Shown here: positions 1-9,298 of the stretch, piece by piece
Layout: each line of letters begins with the position of its first letter
Numbering within the stretch: the stretch's first letter is position 1
Assembly (NCBI GenBank): GCA_027063985.1
Contig: JAMOQN010000169.1
Span: 1 to 40,100 of the forward strand
Origin: Desulfohalobiaceae bacterium
Lineage (GTDB): Bacteria > Desulfobacterota > Desulfovibrionia > Desulfovibrionales > Desulfothermaceae
Reading direction: 5' to 3'
DNA: 40,100 nt
Notes under the pieces: model-generated
What the model was told of the DNA's origin: nothing
The model's database searches: none
The model's input: the letters and a program-made list of their open reading frames with translations, nothing else
Position numbers and translations under genes: made by a program

Positions 1-1
1 G

Positions 2-418
2 AATGCTTTTTTTAAGATCATCAGGGATCAATTTTTTATACCGGTCAACAAATCTTACCAATATATCGTGGACATATAGGTTAAAGTCATGTTCAACCTT
101 TAATGGGTCTGCCCTTACAGCAGAGAAATTAAATCTAATAACCAGAAAACTTCCCTGGAGCTCAGTTGGATTTTTTCCGATCCATGTGTTTTTAAAAAAT
201 TCCTGAAACCTGTGTTTTCTGTTTATGTCATAATAGAGTTCTAAGGTGGATATTAAAAGGGATTTTCCAAAGCGTCTTGGTCTTAAAACAACAATGTGCC
301 TGCCAGCGTTTTCAAGTACAGGGATAAAGTGTGTTTTATCAACATAATAGTATTTATCAGATAAGACCTCAGCGGCATCAGCTATACCATAGGGAATTTT
401 TTTAGGTGGTTGAGTCAT
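2..418 (-). CDS. AAA-ATPase-like domain protein, N-terminal part (runs off the left edge; family often carries a C-terminal PD-(D/E)XK nuclease)
   Basis: Absent from the ORF track. Manual translation from ATG 418 gives MTQPPKKIPYGIADAAEVLSDKYYYVDKTHFIPVLENAGRHIVVLRPRRFGKSLLISTLE..., open to the edge, with the family motifs IPYGI, YYVDKT and P-loop RPRRFGKS. GAGGAG lies upstream on the minus strand. Confidence 0.88.
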   Translation of the reverse strand, partial: MTQPPKKIPYGIADAAEVLSDKYYYVDKTHFIPVLENAGRHIVVLRPRRFGKSLLISTLELYYDINRKHRFQEFFKNTWIGKNPTELQGSFLVIRFNFSAVRADPLKVEHDFNLYVHDILVRFVDRYKKLIPDDLKKSI

Positions 419-480
419 AAAAAGGCTCCTCATCCTTTAATTGAATTTTATGGCCTATAAAAATCTCACATAACAGGAAT

Positions 481-2010
481 TTATGAAGAAGCTAGTTGAT
501 TTTTATTTTTTATTTCATTTAAAAAATCCTGTAATGAACGTTCACATTTTTTTGAAAAGTTTGTGAAGTGTTCTCCTAAAATGGCCAATTCTACTGCCAC
601 TGGGATTGATTTAAATCTTGTAAAAAGAGTTTTAAAGAGAAGTTTCCAATAATAGATACTTGATCTTGAGAACAATCCAATTTTAAATATACTCTTTATA
701 AAGGCGATAAAGTCTTCTTTTTTTAGTTTAACCTTTGTCTTTGGATTATAATTTTTTAGGAATACATCTATTCTCTTGTAATAATTTTTTGGAGAATATA
801 TTGTTTTTATAATATTGTTATATCCCTGTATAAGTTTTTCTAATCCCATTTTTGGATAAAAGTTTATATCTGCAGAGGTATTATCTCCAATTGGATCTCT
901 AAATAGTCTATTTTCTGCTTTTAGTCTATAATACAATCTAGTTTTTGGGGCAGCTACTAACATTCCAACCATTGCGGTTACTATTCCGGTTTTCTGAATA
1001 AATCGTATCTGCTTGCTAAATATAGATTCATCATCACTGTCAAATCCAACAATAAAACCAGACATAACTTGCATACCATGTCTATGTATAGTATCCACTA
1101 CTTCAGTTAGATCTTTTTTTGTATTTTGCAATTTATTACATTCTTTGAGACTATCTAAGGACGGAGATTCAATGCCAAGAAAAACTTTATTAAAATTAGC
1201 AGCACACATAAGATCCATGAGCTCTTCATCATCAGCAAGATTTACACTGGCTTCAGTAAAAAAAGTAAAAGGATAATTATGTTCTTTTTGCCATTTAATT
1301 ACTTCAGGTAACATTTTTTTAACTTTGTGTTTATTGCCTATAAAATTATCGTCAACTATAAATACTCCCCCTCTCCATCCAATATTGTAAAGTGCCTCAA
1401 GTTCTTGCACCATCTGCTGGGGTGTTTTGGTTCTGGGCCTTCTTCCAAACAAGGTGATAATATCACAAAATTCACAATTAAAGGGACATCCCCTTGAATA
1501 TTGGACACACATAGAGGCATATTTTGAAATATCAATAAGATGCCAGGAAGGTAGAGGAGTTTTGGTAATGTCTGGTTTTTGTTCTGATCTATAGATACCT
1601 TTTTGAGCCCCATTTTTAAAGTCTTCTAGGAACTTAGGGATGGTCAATTCTCCTTCATCTAAAATTAGGTAATCAACATCTTTAAATTTTTCAGGTTCAG
1701 AGGTAAATGCTGGACCTCCTGCAGCCACTTTTACACCATATTCCTTACATTTAGCAATTACCTCTCTGGCACTCTTAGATTGAATCATCATAGCGCTTAT
1801 CATCACCAAATCAGCATTTTTTATGTGTTTATCCTTTAGTTTTTCCACATTTAGATCAATCAATTTGAGGTCCCATGACTTTGGTAGCATTGAAGCAATG
1901 GTGATCAGTCCCAGCGGTGGAAATGCCGCCTTTTTAGAAATGAATTTTAATGCGTCTCTAAAGCTCCAAAAGGTGTCAGGATATCTTGGATATATTAAAA
2001 GGACGTTCAT
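481..2010 (-). CDS. B12-binding domain radical SAM protein (DUF4070-type C-terminus)
   Basis: N-terminal cobalamin-binding region (PPLGL..IAS, AAGGP), SRGCPFNCEFC CxxxCxxC motif, VDDNFIGN. GGAGG ribosome-binding site. Confidence 0.9.
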   Translation of the reverse strand: MNVLLIYPRYPDTFWSFRDALKFISKKAAFPPLGLITIASMLPKSWDLKLIDLNVEKLKDKHIKNADLVMISAMMIQSKSAREVIAKCKEYGVKVAAGGPAFTSEPEKFKDVDYLILDEGELTIPKFLEDFKNGAQKGIYRSEQKPDITKTPLPSWHLIDISKYASMCVQYSRGCPFNCEFCDIITLFGRRPRTKTPQQMVQELEALYNIGWRGGVFIVDDNFIGNKHKVKKMLPEVIKWQKEHNYPFTFFTEASVNLADDEELMDLMCAANFNKVFLGIESPSLDSLKECNKLQNTKKDLTEVVDTIHRHGMQVMSGFIVGFDSDDESIFSKQIRFIQKTGIVTAMVGMLVAAPKTRLYYRLKAENRLFRDPIGDNTSADINFYPKMGLEKLIQGYNNIIKTIYSPKNYYKRIDVFLKNYNPKTKVKLKKEDFIAFIKSIFKIGLFSRSSIYYWKLLFKTLFTRFKSIPVAVELAILGEHFTNFSKKCERSLQDFLNEIKNKNQLASS

Positions 2011-2157
2011 ATTTTACCTCCATATTTTTTATTTAAGGCGTGGTTAGAGTTTTTTCTTTTTTTTTCTACTAGTTATACAGTAGGTTAGAATCAAACTTCC
2101 CAATTTTGTCAAGCTTTTTGCTGACTAGATTTCCATGTTGTGTGTTCTGTTTTAATT

Positions 2158-4449
2158 TTAATTTTTTTCTTTATCTCTTAAGAAATCGGTCAAATTATCA
2201 GGCAAACTCTTTACGTATAAATCCCTTTGAGGGAAAGGGATTTCTATGTTTGCTTGTTTTAGTCTTTTAAAGAGTGCATAATAATAATCACTATGTATCC
2301 CGGTTTTTATATCACTTAACTGATTTATTCTGCACCATACTTTTAGAGAAAAATTTATAGAATTATCCCCAAATTCCTCAAACCATACCTGGATTGGATG
2401 GTCTTTATCTTCTCTCGTAATGGAGACTTCTCTTGCAGCTTCTATGGCAATCTCTTTTACCTCTTCAGGGTCAGCATTGTAACTAACCCCAAAGGGTATG
2501 GTCAATCTCCTCCAATCATCACTATATGTCCAGGTATTTACCCTGGATGAAACGAGCTCAGAATTTGGAACAATTATATCTTTACCGTCAAAGGTCTTTA
2601 TTACAGTGGCTCTTATAGCCAGGCTTTTTACAGTGCCGATTGTGCCGTCTTCTAGCTCCACAATATCACCAACCTGGATGGACCTGTCCGTTAAAATTAT
2701 TAGACCTGAAATAAAATTGTTGGCAATTGTCTGTAGCCCAAAGCCGATTCCAACTCCCAGGGCGCCCATGAGTATATTTAATTGGGTCAGATCGATACCA
2801 GCAGTGGACAGGACTATTAGGACCAGTAGAACTAAAGAAAAATAATAACCAAGCGTTGTAATGGAGTTTATTGTGCCCAAAGACAACTTTGTTTTTTGTT
2901 GCATAAGAGAAGTTATTTTTTTTCTGCTCTGTCTTAATATAATGAAACCTAAGACAAATAAGAGTACTATTTTTAAAATAGTTGCGATACTAAGGTCCAA
3001 ATTCCCTATTTTAGCAAAAGGATAAAAGACTACAAACTTGACCTTTTGATAGAGATCTAGAAATTTTTCTTTACTCCAGACATTTAAACTCCGTATCCAC
3101 CCCGACATGTTTTTTAAAAGTGATGAAATCAGAGAAGCCTCATTTAAGAATTCAGAACACTTATGTTTGTTTTGAATCAATAAAAAGACAATATTATCAA
3201 TGAGTTTGCTTTGCCTTTTTAGCTCATAATTTAAATTATAAATTGCCTGCTTTAATTTTTCGTCTTTGAGTTGTTTTATTTTCTGGGTGTTAATGGCCAG
3301 TGACTGCTCCAAATTTATTTTAGCTTTTCTAATATCTGCCAGGTTTTCAATTGTGAGATTGAATTTTTGTTTAATGCTTTCAGTAAGTTCATCAATGGAT
3401 TTAAAAATAGTGTTGTCACTGCTACCTGCCTTTATCTTTTTATATTCAACCAACCACAAATAATAAAAATCATAATATCTTTTTTTTAATTCAGTGTTTA
3501 AAATTTTTTGGGAAAGGTATGACTTTTTTAAATTATAGTAGTTAATAAGAGATTTAATTCTCTTTTCGTCTATTTTCAATAATTCTTTATTCAAGTTAGA
3601 TTTTTTAGAATTAATTTTATTTTGAAGAGACTGTAATTTTATCTCATAATATATAATTTTTTTATCTATATCCCTTTGTTGTTCTAATATTTTTGCTTTT
3701 TCGCTTTGAAGTTGGCTGTTTAAAATGTCTTTTTGATGTTTGATATTTTTGATATCTAATTGGGTAATTTTTAAGTTTTTAAAAATATAATTTATCCTGT
3801 CAGTTAACTTGCTTTTTTGCTCTTTTAATTTGGCTATTATAAATTGATAATATTCTTGTTTTTTATATAAAATTATATTCTGAATTTTAAGAGATAAAAT
3901 AGATGTAAGTCTATTATATTTCTGAAATATAGTAAGATGTTCCTTCTGTTTTAAGTAATCATCAATCAAACTTTTACAATTTTTTTTAATTGCTTCAAGT
4001 TTGTCTTTTACATCTTCATTTAGATGCTCATTTTCTGAAATAGATAAATTTATATCTCTTAAAAGAGAAATATATTGTTTAAATAAATCAATAGAATAAG
4101 GGGGTTTTTGTTTTTTGGGAAGAGTAAAAGGAAGCGTTGGTTTAACAACTTTTAATTTATTTAATATTGTTATTTGTGAGTTGATTAAATCTATATTATT
4201 TAATGTTAAATTTAACTCCTTTTTGTTGATTTCAGTCTTTTTATTTTTCAAAATTGAGTTTATACTGGTCTTTAAGTTTTTAGTGCTGTTTATACAATCA
4301 TCTATAAATTGCTCTATAGGATAGTTTTGTATATCTTGAGAAATTATACTTTCTATATTCTTAATTATGACTTCGTATGCAGCTATACTTTTTGACGGAA
4401 TGAATCCAATAATACACAAAAAGATAGTAATTAATAAATAATTTCTCAT
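2158..4449 (-). CDS. MscS-family mechanosensitive channel with long N-terminal periplasmic coiled-coil region
   Basis: Signal-like N-terminus, about 430 aa of K/I/L/Q-rich helix, then TM helices and the MscS core (GALGVGIGFGLQ..ANNFISG, VGDIVEL, IVPNS, IPFPQRDL). Confidence 0.9.
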   Translation of the reverse strand: MRNYLLITIFLCIIGFIPSKSIAAYEVIIKNIESIISQDIQNYPIEQFIDDCINSTKNLKTSINSILKNKKTEINKKELNLTLNNIDLINSQITILNKLKVVKPTLPFTLPKKQKPPYSIDLFKQYISLLRDINLSISENEHLNEDVKDKLEAIKKNCKSLIDDYLKQKEHLTIFQKYNRLTSILSLKIQNIILYKKQEYYQFIIAKLKEQKSKLTDRINYIFKNLKITQLDIKNIKHQKDILNSQLQSEKAKILEQQRDIDKKIIYYEIKLQSLQNKINSKKSNLNKELLKIDEKRIKSLINYYNLKKSYLSQKILNTELKKRYYDFYYLWLVEYKKIKAGSSDNTIFKSIDELTESIKQKFNLTIENLADIRKAKINLEQSLAINTQKIKQLKDEKLKQAIYNLNYELKRQSKLIDNIVFLLIQNKHKCSEFLNEASLISSLLKNMSGWIRSLNVWSKEKFLDLYQKVKFVVFYPFAKIGNLDLSIATILKIVLLFVLGFIILRQSRKKITSLMQQKTKLSLGTINSITTLGYYFSLVLLVLIVLSTAGIDLTQLNILMGALGVGIGFGLQTIANNFISGLIILTDRSIQVGDIVELEDGTIGTVKSLAIRATVIKTFDGKDIIVPNSELVSSRVNTWTYSDDWRRLTIPFGVSYNADPEEVKEIAIEAAREVSITREDKDHPIQVWFEEFGDNSINFSLKVWCRINQLSDIKTGIHSDYYYALFKRLKQANIEIPFPQRDLYVKSLPDNLTDFLRDKEKN

Positions 4450-4466
4450 ATCACATCACCTTGTTT

Positions 4467-4651
4467 TTATAAAAAAAATGGTTGGTGCTTAATTTGTATA
4501 CGTATTATACGGTGCCATCTGATGTGTTCATAAAATCGAGATTGCCATGAAAAATTTGGGTCTATTTTATGTGCATTTTTTGTTACCGCGGATTTAAACG
4601 AACGTATAATTGTTGACATAAATTGTTTTTTATTTATTTGTAGGGACATTG
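4467..4651 (-). pseudogene. C-terminal remnant of a REP-associated tyrosine (Y1) transposase (RAYT)
   Basis: STIIRSFKSAVTK...FSWQSRFYEHIR matches the RAYT C-terminal block. The N-terminal HUH part is missing, and a GTAGGGACA REP-like arm lies at 4640-4648. Confidence 0.75.
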
Positions 4652-4749
4652 TAAAGTTGAAAATAAACAGTTAGTTTAATCTTGTAAAGGCAAGGAATTG
4701 TCAGTTGGATTTGGGTTGTAACTTTTATAGTTTAAAAGGAGGAGAAGAT

Positions 4750-4797
4750 ATGGCAGAAAAAATTAAAGAAACCTTTGGTGTTCATGAATATAAATAA
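4750..4797 (+). CDS. Possible 15-aa small ORF (MAEKIKETFGVHEYK) or deletion remnant
   Basis: Strong SD AAAAGGAGGAG just upstream of ATG 4750, and a hairpin immediately after the stop. Confidence 0.3.
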   Translation: MAEKIKETFGVHEYK

Positions 4798-4802
4798 ATT
4801 GG

Positions 4803-4829
4803 AACTAGGGACAGTTTTTGTCCCTAGTT
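4803..4829. terminator. Perfect 11-bp hairpin at a convergent junction (REP-like sequence)
   Basis: AACTAGGGACA-GTTTT-TGTCCCTAGTT; overlaps the stop codon of the minus-strand binding-protein gene. Confidence 0.65.
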
Positions 4830-5618
4830 ATTTTCAATCATAATACCTTTAATTAGTTTTTCTTTCCACTTTTTGTATATCTTGTCTATTGTTCCATCCT
4901 TTTTTAATTTAAACAGACCATTGTTGAAGTCCTTTAGCAGTTTTTTGGAATTTTTTCTTTTTTTAGGAAAATATACATACAGGTGTTTATATTCAATACT
5001 GGGAGATAACACCTTTAATTCCCCTATATGGTGTGGGAGATATTTTTTTATTAAATAATATGCCACATATTTGTCTATTACTATCAAATCCACCCTTCCT
5101 TTTAATAATTTTTTGATATTTATCAGGTCATTTCGTGCGTAATCTTTTTCAAGATAGTTTGCCTGATCAATTTCTTGAGTGTTCACATAACCTTTAACCA
5201 AGCCTATTCTGTATTTTTTTAGTTCTTTTATCTTCTTGTATATTATATGAGATTCTCTTTTGGTTAAAAAGACAATTGGCCCACCCCAGATTGGATCTGA
5301 CATGTAAAAAAGTTTATTCCTCTCGTTAGAATAATATGCAGGGAAAAAACCATCCACCTTTCCCCTTTTAGCTTCGATTAAAACCCTACTCCATGGCCTA
5401 AATTCTATTTCAATCAAATATCCCATTTTCTCAAATACCTTTTTTACTAATTTATAAGTACCCCCCATGTCTGGTAGTCCTTCTCCAACATAAGGTGGCC
5501 AGTTCAAGGTCCAAAGGGTGATTTTTTTTAGATGACCCACATTTTGGGCAAAAGCCGTTGACTGGAATATAACCATCCATATAACCAGGCTTTTTATTAA
5601 CTTTGAAAAGTAATTCAT
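4824..5618 (-). CDS. Periplasmic substrate-binding protein (polar amino-acid/family 3 type)
   Basis: Signal peptide ending TAFA-Q; NWPPY, PWSRVL..AKRGKVDG and LLKGRVDLIVID motifs. Start set at ATG 5618 (GAGGT upstream) rather than 5684. Confidence 0.85.
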   Translation of the reverse strand: MNYFSKLIKSLVIWMVIFQSTAFAQNVGHLKKITLWTLNWPPYVGEGLPDMGGTYKLVKKVFEKMGYLIEIEFRPWSRVLIEAKRGKVDGFFPAYYSNERNKLFYMSDPIWGGPIVFLTKRESHIIYKKIKELKKYRIGLVKGYVNTQEIDQANYLEKDYARNDLINIKKLLKGRVDLIVIDKYVAYYLIKKYLPHHIGELKVLSPSIEYKHLYVYFPKKRKNSKKLLKDFNNGLFKLKKDGTIDKIYKKWKEKLIKGIMIENN

Positions 5619-5721
5619 AATAAATAGCGACCTCTGGTTTAAAAAGTTTGTTGTAAATAGAAACTTTTTTATATATGGTACCAATAAAAAAGAAAAATGT
5701 AAATAATAGAGGGAGAATTAT

Positions 5722-8349
5722 ATGACCAATTCCTTGAAGACAAAAATAGTTTTCTGGGTGGTATTGGTTTTATTTTTCGTATATATTTTTGGTGGTCTGT
5801 CTTTTTACCATTATTCAAAAAATAATGTTTTGAACTCGATTAATAAAAAGACTGAAGAACTTACAAAAAGATTAAGTGTTAGTGCAACAGGACCGTTATG
5901 GAATGTGGACAAAGAAGAGGCTTTTAGACTGTTAAATGCGGAGATGGTAGATAAAGATGTATATTCCATTATACTTTTGGATGAAGACAATTCTGTTTTT
6001 GCAGGTCTAATCAGGGACAAAAAATGGCAGATTAAAAGAATTATTAACACTAAGATGCCAAGTAGGAAGGGTTTTATTTATAAATATGCAGATATATGGG
6101 TTGATATAAAAGGTGAAAAGGAAAAAATAGGTTCTATTCATGTATTTGTTACCCCCATGTTTGCATATCAAAAATTAAGAAATTACATGTTAGTCTCACT
6201 TGCTCAGTTCGGTCTAATTACTTTGTTTTTGTGTATTATTTTAATTGTTCTTATAGAAAAGATAGTGATAAATAGAATTGAGAATTTGGCAAAGGGTCTT
6301 TCTTTTGTGTCTCAACGGAATTTTTCTCAGAAAATTGCAGAGTTAGGACAAGATGAAATAGGATTTTTAGCAAGACAGTATAACTTGATGATAGAGGAAC
6401 TAAAAAGATATGAAAAAGAGCTACTTTTTCAAACCAGAAGAAGGGAAGTAACTCTACGATCCATTGGCGATGGGGTTATTGTCACTGATCCAGATGGAAA
6501 AATTGAGCTTATGAATGAGGCTGCATGTAACCTTACTGGTTGGAGTGAGGATGAGGCCACGGGGAAAAATTTAGAGGAGGTTTTTGTTATTGTAAATGAA
6601 ATTACAAAAGAGCCTGTTGAGGCACCTGTAAGAAAGGTAATTAGACATGGTGGGGTAGTTGGACTTGCCAACCACACAGCATTGATTTCCAGAGATGGAA
6701 GGGAGATACCAATTAAAGACAGTGCGGCTCCAATTAAAGATGATGAAGGAAATTTACTGGGAATTGTAATGGTGTTTTCAGACATTTCACTGGAAGTGAA
6801 TTTGTTAAAAAAGATAGATCAATCAGTTATGTTTCAAAAGGGACTTATGGATGTTGCCAATGTAATAATTGCAGTCACTGACAAAGACCATAACCTGTTA
6901 TTTGCGAACAGGGCTGCAGAAAAAATTACAGGATATCCAAAGGAAGAAGCTTTAGGGAGCACCCTGGTGTGGGAACTTATTTATCCAGAAAAAGACTATA
7001 GAAAAAGGATGTTAAGAATAGTTCAAAATGTGATGGATACAGGTATTCCTCTAGATGGGGGAGAATCAATGATAGTTACTAAGTCTGGAAATAGAAAAAT
7101 TATATCCTGGTATTCTACGTGCCTATGGGAAAAAGATGGAAAATCCGCAGGTGTTTTACATGTAGGTATAGATGTTACAGATAAAAAGAGGTTGGAAAAG
7201 GAGATTTTAAATAGGCAAACAATGGAGGCCTTAAGTCTTTTTGCAGGTGGCATTGCCCATGATTTTAATAATATTTTGACTTCAATAATGGGTAATGTTT
7301 CTCTAATGAAATATTCTAGTTCTATTATAGATATTAAAAAGAGGCTGGAACTTGTTGAAAATGCCGTAAATTATGCATCTTCATTGGTATCTCAACTTCT
7401 TAGTTTTTCAAAAAAAGGATCCCCATCAAAAGAAGTGACTTCTCTTAGAAAGATAGTAAAGGAAACTGTACAGTTTGTTTTGAGTGGATCAAATATAAAG
7501 TGGGATTTAAATATAGTTGAACCTATATATAAAGTGAAAGTAGATCCCATCCAGATATCACAGGTAATTCAGAATATAATAATTAATGCAAAACAGGCAT
7601 GTGAAAAAGTAGCTATTCCAAGGATCAATATTTCTTTGAAAAGTATGATATGTGAGACAAGGTGTGAGGTGGGAAATAAAGTCCTTGAGCCAGGAAGATA
7701 TGTAGAAATAGCAATTACAGATAATGGAAAGGGAATTTCTGAAGATGAGCTGGAAAAGATTTTTGAACCCTTTTTTACCACCAAGGAAAAAGGACATGGA
7801 TTGGGGCTAGCCATATGCTATTCTTTGATAAAGAGTTATAATGGAGAAATTGTGGTGGAATCTACCTTAGGTAAGGGGGCTACTTTTAGAATTTTTATTC
7901 CAGCTTTAGACACAAAAGACGTAGAAGGAGATGAAAAAATGAAAAAAGAAGGAGAAACACAATATTCAGGAAAGGTGCTTTTGTTAGAAGACGATGTCAT
8001 GATTGCTGAAGTAGCAACAGAACTCTTAAAACACCTTGGATTTGAACAAGTTGTTTTAGCCACGCAGGGGGATGAGGCCATAGATCTTTATAAAGATGCC
8101 TTTAATCGAGGTGATAAATTTGATTTAGTTATTTTGGATCTCACCATACCTGGAGGGAAAGGGGGAAAAGAAGTAATTAAAGAACTCATTAAAATAGACC
8201 CAGATGTGATTGGAATTGTATCCAGTGGATATACACATGATCCAGTTATTATGGATTATAAAAAATATGGATTTAGTGGTTCACTTAAAAAACCATATAC
8301 AATAGAACAACTTAAAAAGGTTTTAACAGAAGTTTTACAAAGACATTAA
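5722..8349 (+). CDS. Hybrid sensor histidine kinase (TM-periplasmic-TM-HAMP-PAS-PAS-HisKA-HATPase-REC)
   Basis: H-box GGIAHDFNNIL, N-box QNIIINA, DNGKG, FFTTK..GHGLGL; receiver LLLEDD, LVILDLTIPG, KPY. Confidence 0.95.
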   Translation: MTNSLKTKIVFWVVLVLFFVYIFGGLSFYHYSKNNVLNSINKKTEELTKRLSVSATGPLWNVDKEEAFRLLNAEMVDKDVYSIILLDEDNSVFAGLIRDKKWQIKRIINTKMPSRKGFIYKYADIWVDIKGEKEKIGSIHVFVTPMFAYQKLRNYMLVSLAQFGLITLFLCIILIVLIEKIVINRIENLAKGLSFVSQRNFSQKIAELGQDEIGFLARQYNLMIEELKRYEKELLFQTRRREVTLRSIGDGVIVTDPDGKIELMNEAACNLTGWSEDEATGKNLEEVFVIVNEITKEPVEAPVRKVIRHGGVVGLANHTALISRDGREIPIKDSAAPIKDDEGNLLGIVMVFSDISLEVNLLKKIDQSVMFQKGLMDVANVIIAVTDKDHNLLFANRAAEKITGYPKEEALGSTLVWELIYPEKDYRKRMLRIVQNVMDTGIPLDGGESMIVTKSGNRKIISWYSTCLWEKDGKSAGVLHVGIDVTDKKRLEKEILNRQTMEALSLFAGGIAHDFNNILTSIMGNVSLMKYSSSIIDIKKRLELVENAVNYASSLVSQLLSFSKKGSPSKEVTSLRKIVKETVQFVLSGSNIKWDLNIVEPIYKVKVDPIQISQVIQNIIINAKQACEKVAIPRINISLKSMICETRCEVGNKVLEPGRYVEIAITDNGKGISEDELEKIFEPFFTTKEKGHGLGLAICYSLIKSYNGEIVVESTLGKGATFRIFIPALDTKDVEGDEKMKKEGETQYSGKVLLLEDDVMIAEVATELLKHLGFEQVVLATQGDEAIDLYKDAFNRGDKFDLVILDLTIPGGKGGKEVIKELIKIDPDVIGIVSSGYTHDPVIMDYKKYGFSGSLKKPYTIEQLKKVLTEVLQRH

Positions 8350-8372
8350 ATTTTTAAAAAAGGAGGAGGATT

Positions 8373-9134
8373 ATGAATAAGAAATATGTAATAGCATCTT
8401 TTATTTCATTGGTTTTATTTATTATTCCATCTCTTGTTTTTGCAATAGGGGCTGAGGTTAGTCTGGGAATGTGGCAACAGGATCCAACTGGCTATTTTTC
8501 TTACAAAGGAGAGCAATTAAGTGTGGACAATGAACTTAGATATGACACAGAAACTAAATTACTGGCAAGGGCAAAGATAGATATGCCTCTGTTTATCCCA
8601 AATATTTATTTAATGTATTCACCAATGGATTTTGATGGAAATGGTATAAAGACCAATTCTTTTAAATTTGGAGATGTTACATTCCAGGCCAATATACCAT
8701 TTAAGTCTGAACTAGAACTCAATCAATACGATATTGCACTTTATTATGGTATTCCCTTTTTAAATACATTATCAGCTGGTATTTTAAATGTAGAAGCAGG
8801 ATTAAATTGTAAAATAATAGATTTTTATGGAAAAATTGAGCAACCAGATTTATCTTTATCAGAATCAAAATCTACTACTATTCCAATTCCAATGGTATAT
8901 TTAGGCGTGCAGGTAAAGCCAATTAAGTGGATAACCATAGAAGCAGAGGGCAGGGGAGTTGCTTACTCTGGAAGTGGTTACTATGATCTCATTGGAAGGG
9001 TCAAAATACACCCCTTTGGCCCGTTATTTTTAAGCGGGGGATATAGATATGAAAAGATAAAGATTGATTACAGTGATGTGGATTCAGACATTGAAATTGC
9101 AGGTCCTTTTATGGAGCTAGGGGTTAGTTTTTAA
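8373..9134 (+). CDS. Outer-membrane beta-barrel protein (TIGR04219-like)
   Basis: Signal peptide, amphipathic beta strands, PLFIPNIYL motif, C-terminal Phe (GPFMELGVSF). AGGAGG RBS. Confidence 0.75.
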   Translation: MNKKYVIASFISLVLFIIPSLVFAIGAEVSLGMWQQDPTGYFSYKGEQLSVDNELRYDTETKLLARAKIDMPLFIPNIYLMYSPMDFDGNGIKTNSFKFGDVTFQANIPFKSELELNQYDIALYYGIPFLNTLSAGILNVEAGLNCKIIDFYGKIEQPDLSLSESKSTTIPIPMVYLGVQVKPIKWITIEAEGRGVAYSGSGYYDLIGRVKIHPFGPLFLSGGYRYEKIKIDYSDVDSDIEIAGPFMELGVSF

Positions 9135-9163
9135 AGGGTATATAATTTTTTATGCACATAGAG

Positions 9164-9193
9164 CTGCCAGTTAAAAATAACTGGCAGTTTTTT
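9164..9193 (+). terminator. Rho-independent terminator
   Basis: CTGCCAGTTA-AAAA-TAACTGGCAG followed by TTTTTT. Confidence 0.85.
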
Positions 9194-9298
9194 AATGGCT
9201 AATGATAACTGAAATAATTTATCTTTTATATTTATTTTGACAAACTACTCAAAAAGGTCTACTTCGTACTGTCTTTAATTTTATTATAGGAAGGAATT

